Assembly (NCBI GenBank): GCA_964016885.1
Contig: OZ024747.1
Span: 26,350,001-26,414,000 of the forward strand
Reading direction: 5' to 3'
Source of the DNA: Eledone cirrhosa
Lineage: Eukaryota
Length of the DNA: 64,000 nt
Shown here: positions 62,179 through 64,000 of the stretch, piece after piece
How the letters are laid out: every line of letters starts with the position of its first letter
Position numbering within the stretch: position 1 is the first letter of the stretch
The notes under the pieces: model-generated
What the model saw: only the letters and a program-made list of their open reading frames with translations
What the model was told of the DNA's origin: nothing
Databases searched by the model: none
Position numbers and translations under genes: made by a program

Positions 62179-64000
62179 GTTTTCTTTATTAACCACAAGG
62201 GTTTACATAAAGTAGACATTAAGGACAGTACAGGACAATACAGGTCGGTACAAATGGGCATTTCTGCGTGTAAAAAAACAGAGGATGAAATAAAATAACA
62301 AAGAAAAATTCCCCAATAGGGGGGAGACTTCCGAGGGACATTTGTGGAGAAAGCCCATTAAAAGACCACAGTGGCCCTGACCACCAGGGCAAGTGCCCTC
62401 TCCCAGTTTTCCACCTTTAATTTACAGACACATACTCAGAGAAGGCCCATTCATTCGGGCCATACTTGCTTCTCTCACCCATCTTTCAACAAAATGCTGG
62501 GAAGAGAGCACTTCCCTCTCTACCCTGATTTTCCTGAAAAAGTTAATCAGGGCATCACCGAAGAGGTAAGTGCTCGTCTTCAGCCCTTTCAAACGTGTCC
62601 ACCATACTATCTCTTTCGCCATGGCCACCAGACAGATAAAAACTGCCTGCCCTTCCCGGCTAAAGGAAGAGGGCGGGGCAATCCTCACGATGGACTCAGC
62701 TGATAGCTGGATCCGTCCTACACGTGACAGCAGGTGTTCGACATAAACCCACAAGTCAGCAATGCTCGGACACTGGACGAGTGCGTGCAGGACGGTTTCG
62801 TCGCCCTGTGCGCATCTCGGACATGCCCGGCTGACGGCACCTCCATGCCTGTAAAGTTTATCCCGAACTGGCAAAGCACCCCGGTAGCACTGCCAGGCCA
62901 GGGATTTCTGGAAGTTGTCCATAGGCCCCGGCCCGAAAGTCCTTCCGAAGAGATTGGCTAGTTGATTTTCGTCGACGCCTAGAGTTTCTCCAAGTACGTC
63001 GTCGCTCTTCCCCTCCACTAATCCCCTATAGAACGCCAAGGTGGAGTTTCCACCGATCACATTGTCCGATTGGTCGAGGGCTGTGAGCGCCTGAAGACAT
63101 TCCAGTCTCCAAGCGCTCCCTCTCGGTCTTCGCTTGACCCAGGACTGCAGCTCCGTCAAGGAGACGAGCTGGGGAAAAACGTGTCTAGCAAACGGCGACC
63201 ACACCTGATCACCGTCGAGGAAGAGGTGGAGATGTCGTAGCCTGAGCGCGTGTCTGCGCATCATCAGCCACGGCATGCCCAGCCCTCCACGTAGCGGGTG
63301 TTGACAGCAGATGGACCGCCTGACCATCGGAGCGCGTCCCTTCCACAAGAAGCGAAAGAGCAAACGCTCCAGCGCAGTCAGGCGGGGCTTAGGACAAGGT
63401 ACGACGGTCAGGCGGTAGTAGATGACGGACGCGATGTACGCGTTAGCCACCTCCGCTCGACCTTTCAGGGATAGCTTCCTCTCGGCCCATTTCTGGGTGA
63501 GAGAAGCCACCCTGCTCGTCACCTCGTCCCAGTTTTTGTCCGTCTGGAGGTCTGGACCGAACCAGACCCCTAGCAATTTAACCGGTCCGTCCGTCCAGCA
63601 CCCGACGACGCTGTTGGACGGCATGGACCTGCCTCTCCAGGTGCCGAGCTGCAGGCCCACTGACTTTTCCTGGTTGATCATTGCTCCTGTCACCGCTTCG
63701 TATTCTCTTAGTGTAGTGCCGATCGCCTCGATGTGTTTAGCGTTCGACACCACTACGGTGACATCGTCGGCATATGCTGACACGGATCTTCCGCATCCTA
63801 GTTCGCGCGGGACCCCCCTCAACGTCTCCAGTTTGTGCAGTAATGGCTCGAGAGTCAATACGTACAATAGGGACGAGAGGGGACATCCTTGGCGGACCGA
63901 GCGCATGATGTTGAACGGTTCCGAAAGGTGACCGTTCACTCTCACTACAGAGCAGATGTCGCTGTGCATGGCAGCGATCCAGCCTCTGAAGACGGGCCCA
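62179..64000 (-). mobile_element. Tx1-clade copy T3, 3' part (continues beyond the window)
   Basis: Open ORF2 C-terminal half to the stop at 62422 (QGCPLS, YADD, CPRC). 3' UTR and (ATT)n tail as in T2. Confidence 0.92.

Noticed and set aside
19464-63931. Many short antisense or alternative-frame ORFs inside the retroelements
   Set aside because: Shadow ORFs of RT genes that recur only because the copies are near-identical.
17974-64000. Telomeric retrotransposon array
   Set aside because: There are no (TTAGGG)n or (TTAGG)n repeats and orientations are mixed. Chromosomal position cannot be judged from the window.

Overview
Eukaryotic, AT-rich DNA saturated with microsatellites. The tRNA-derived SINE family and repeat landscape suggest an octopus or other coleoid genome (inference). 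No confident host gene is present. Bases 1-17.9 kb are an intergenic or intronic mosaic of (TA)n, SINEs, a hAT MITE, minisatellites, long palindromes and Penelope-like (PLE) debris carrying several hammerhead ribozyme motifs. From 17,974 to the window end is one uninterrupted array (>46 kb) of non-LTR retrotransposons, with a (TAA)n tract at every junction. It holds seven copies or fragments of an R4/Dong-clade RLE family (A; one intact 1130-aa ORF) and two copies of a second R4/Dong family (B; both RT-defective), all on the + strand. It also holds three copies of an APE-type Tx1-clade element on the - strand (one full-length and intact) in the same microsatellite, read as (TTA)n. The best candidate for an undescribed system is this self-renewing (TAA)n landing pad shared by three families with two unrelated endonucleases in opposite orientations. 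Associated features are a ~1 kb leader shared by A and B, structured UTRs, a recombinant copy, and a possible ORF1-ORF2-fusing mini-intron in the Tx1 element.
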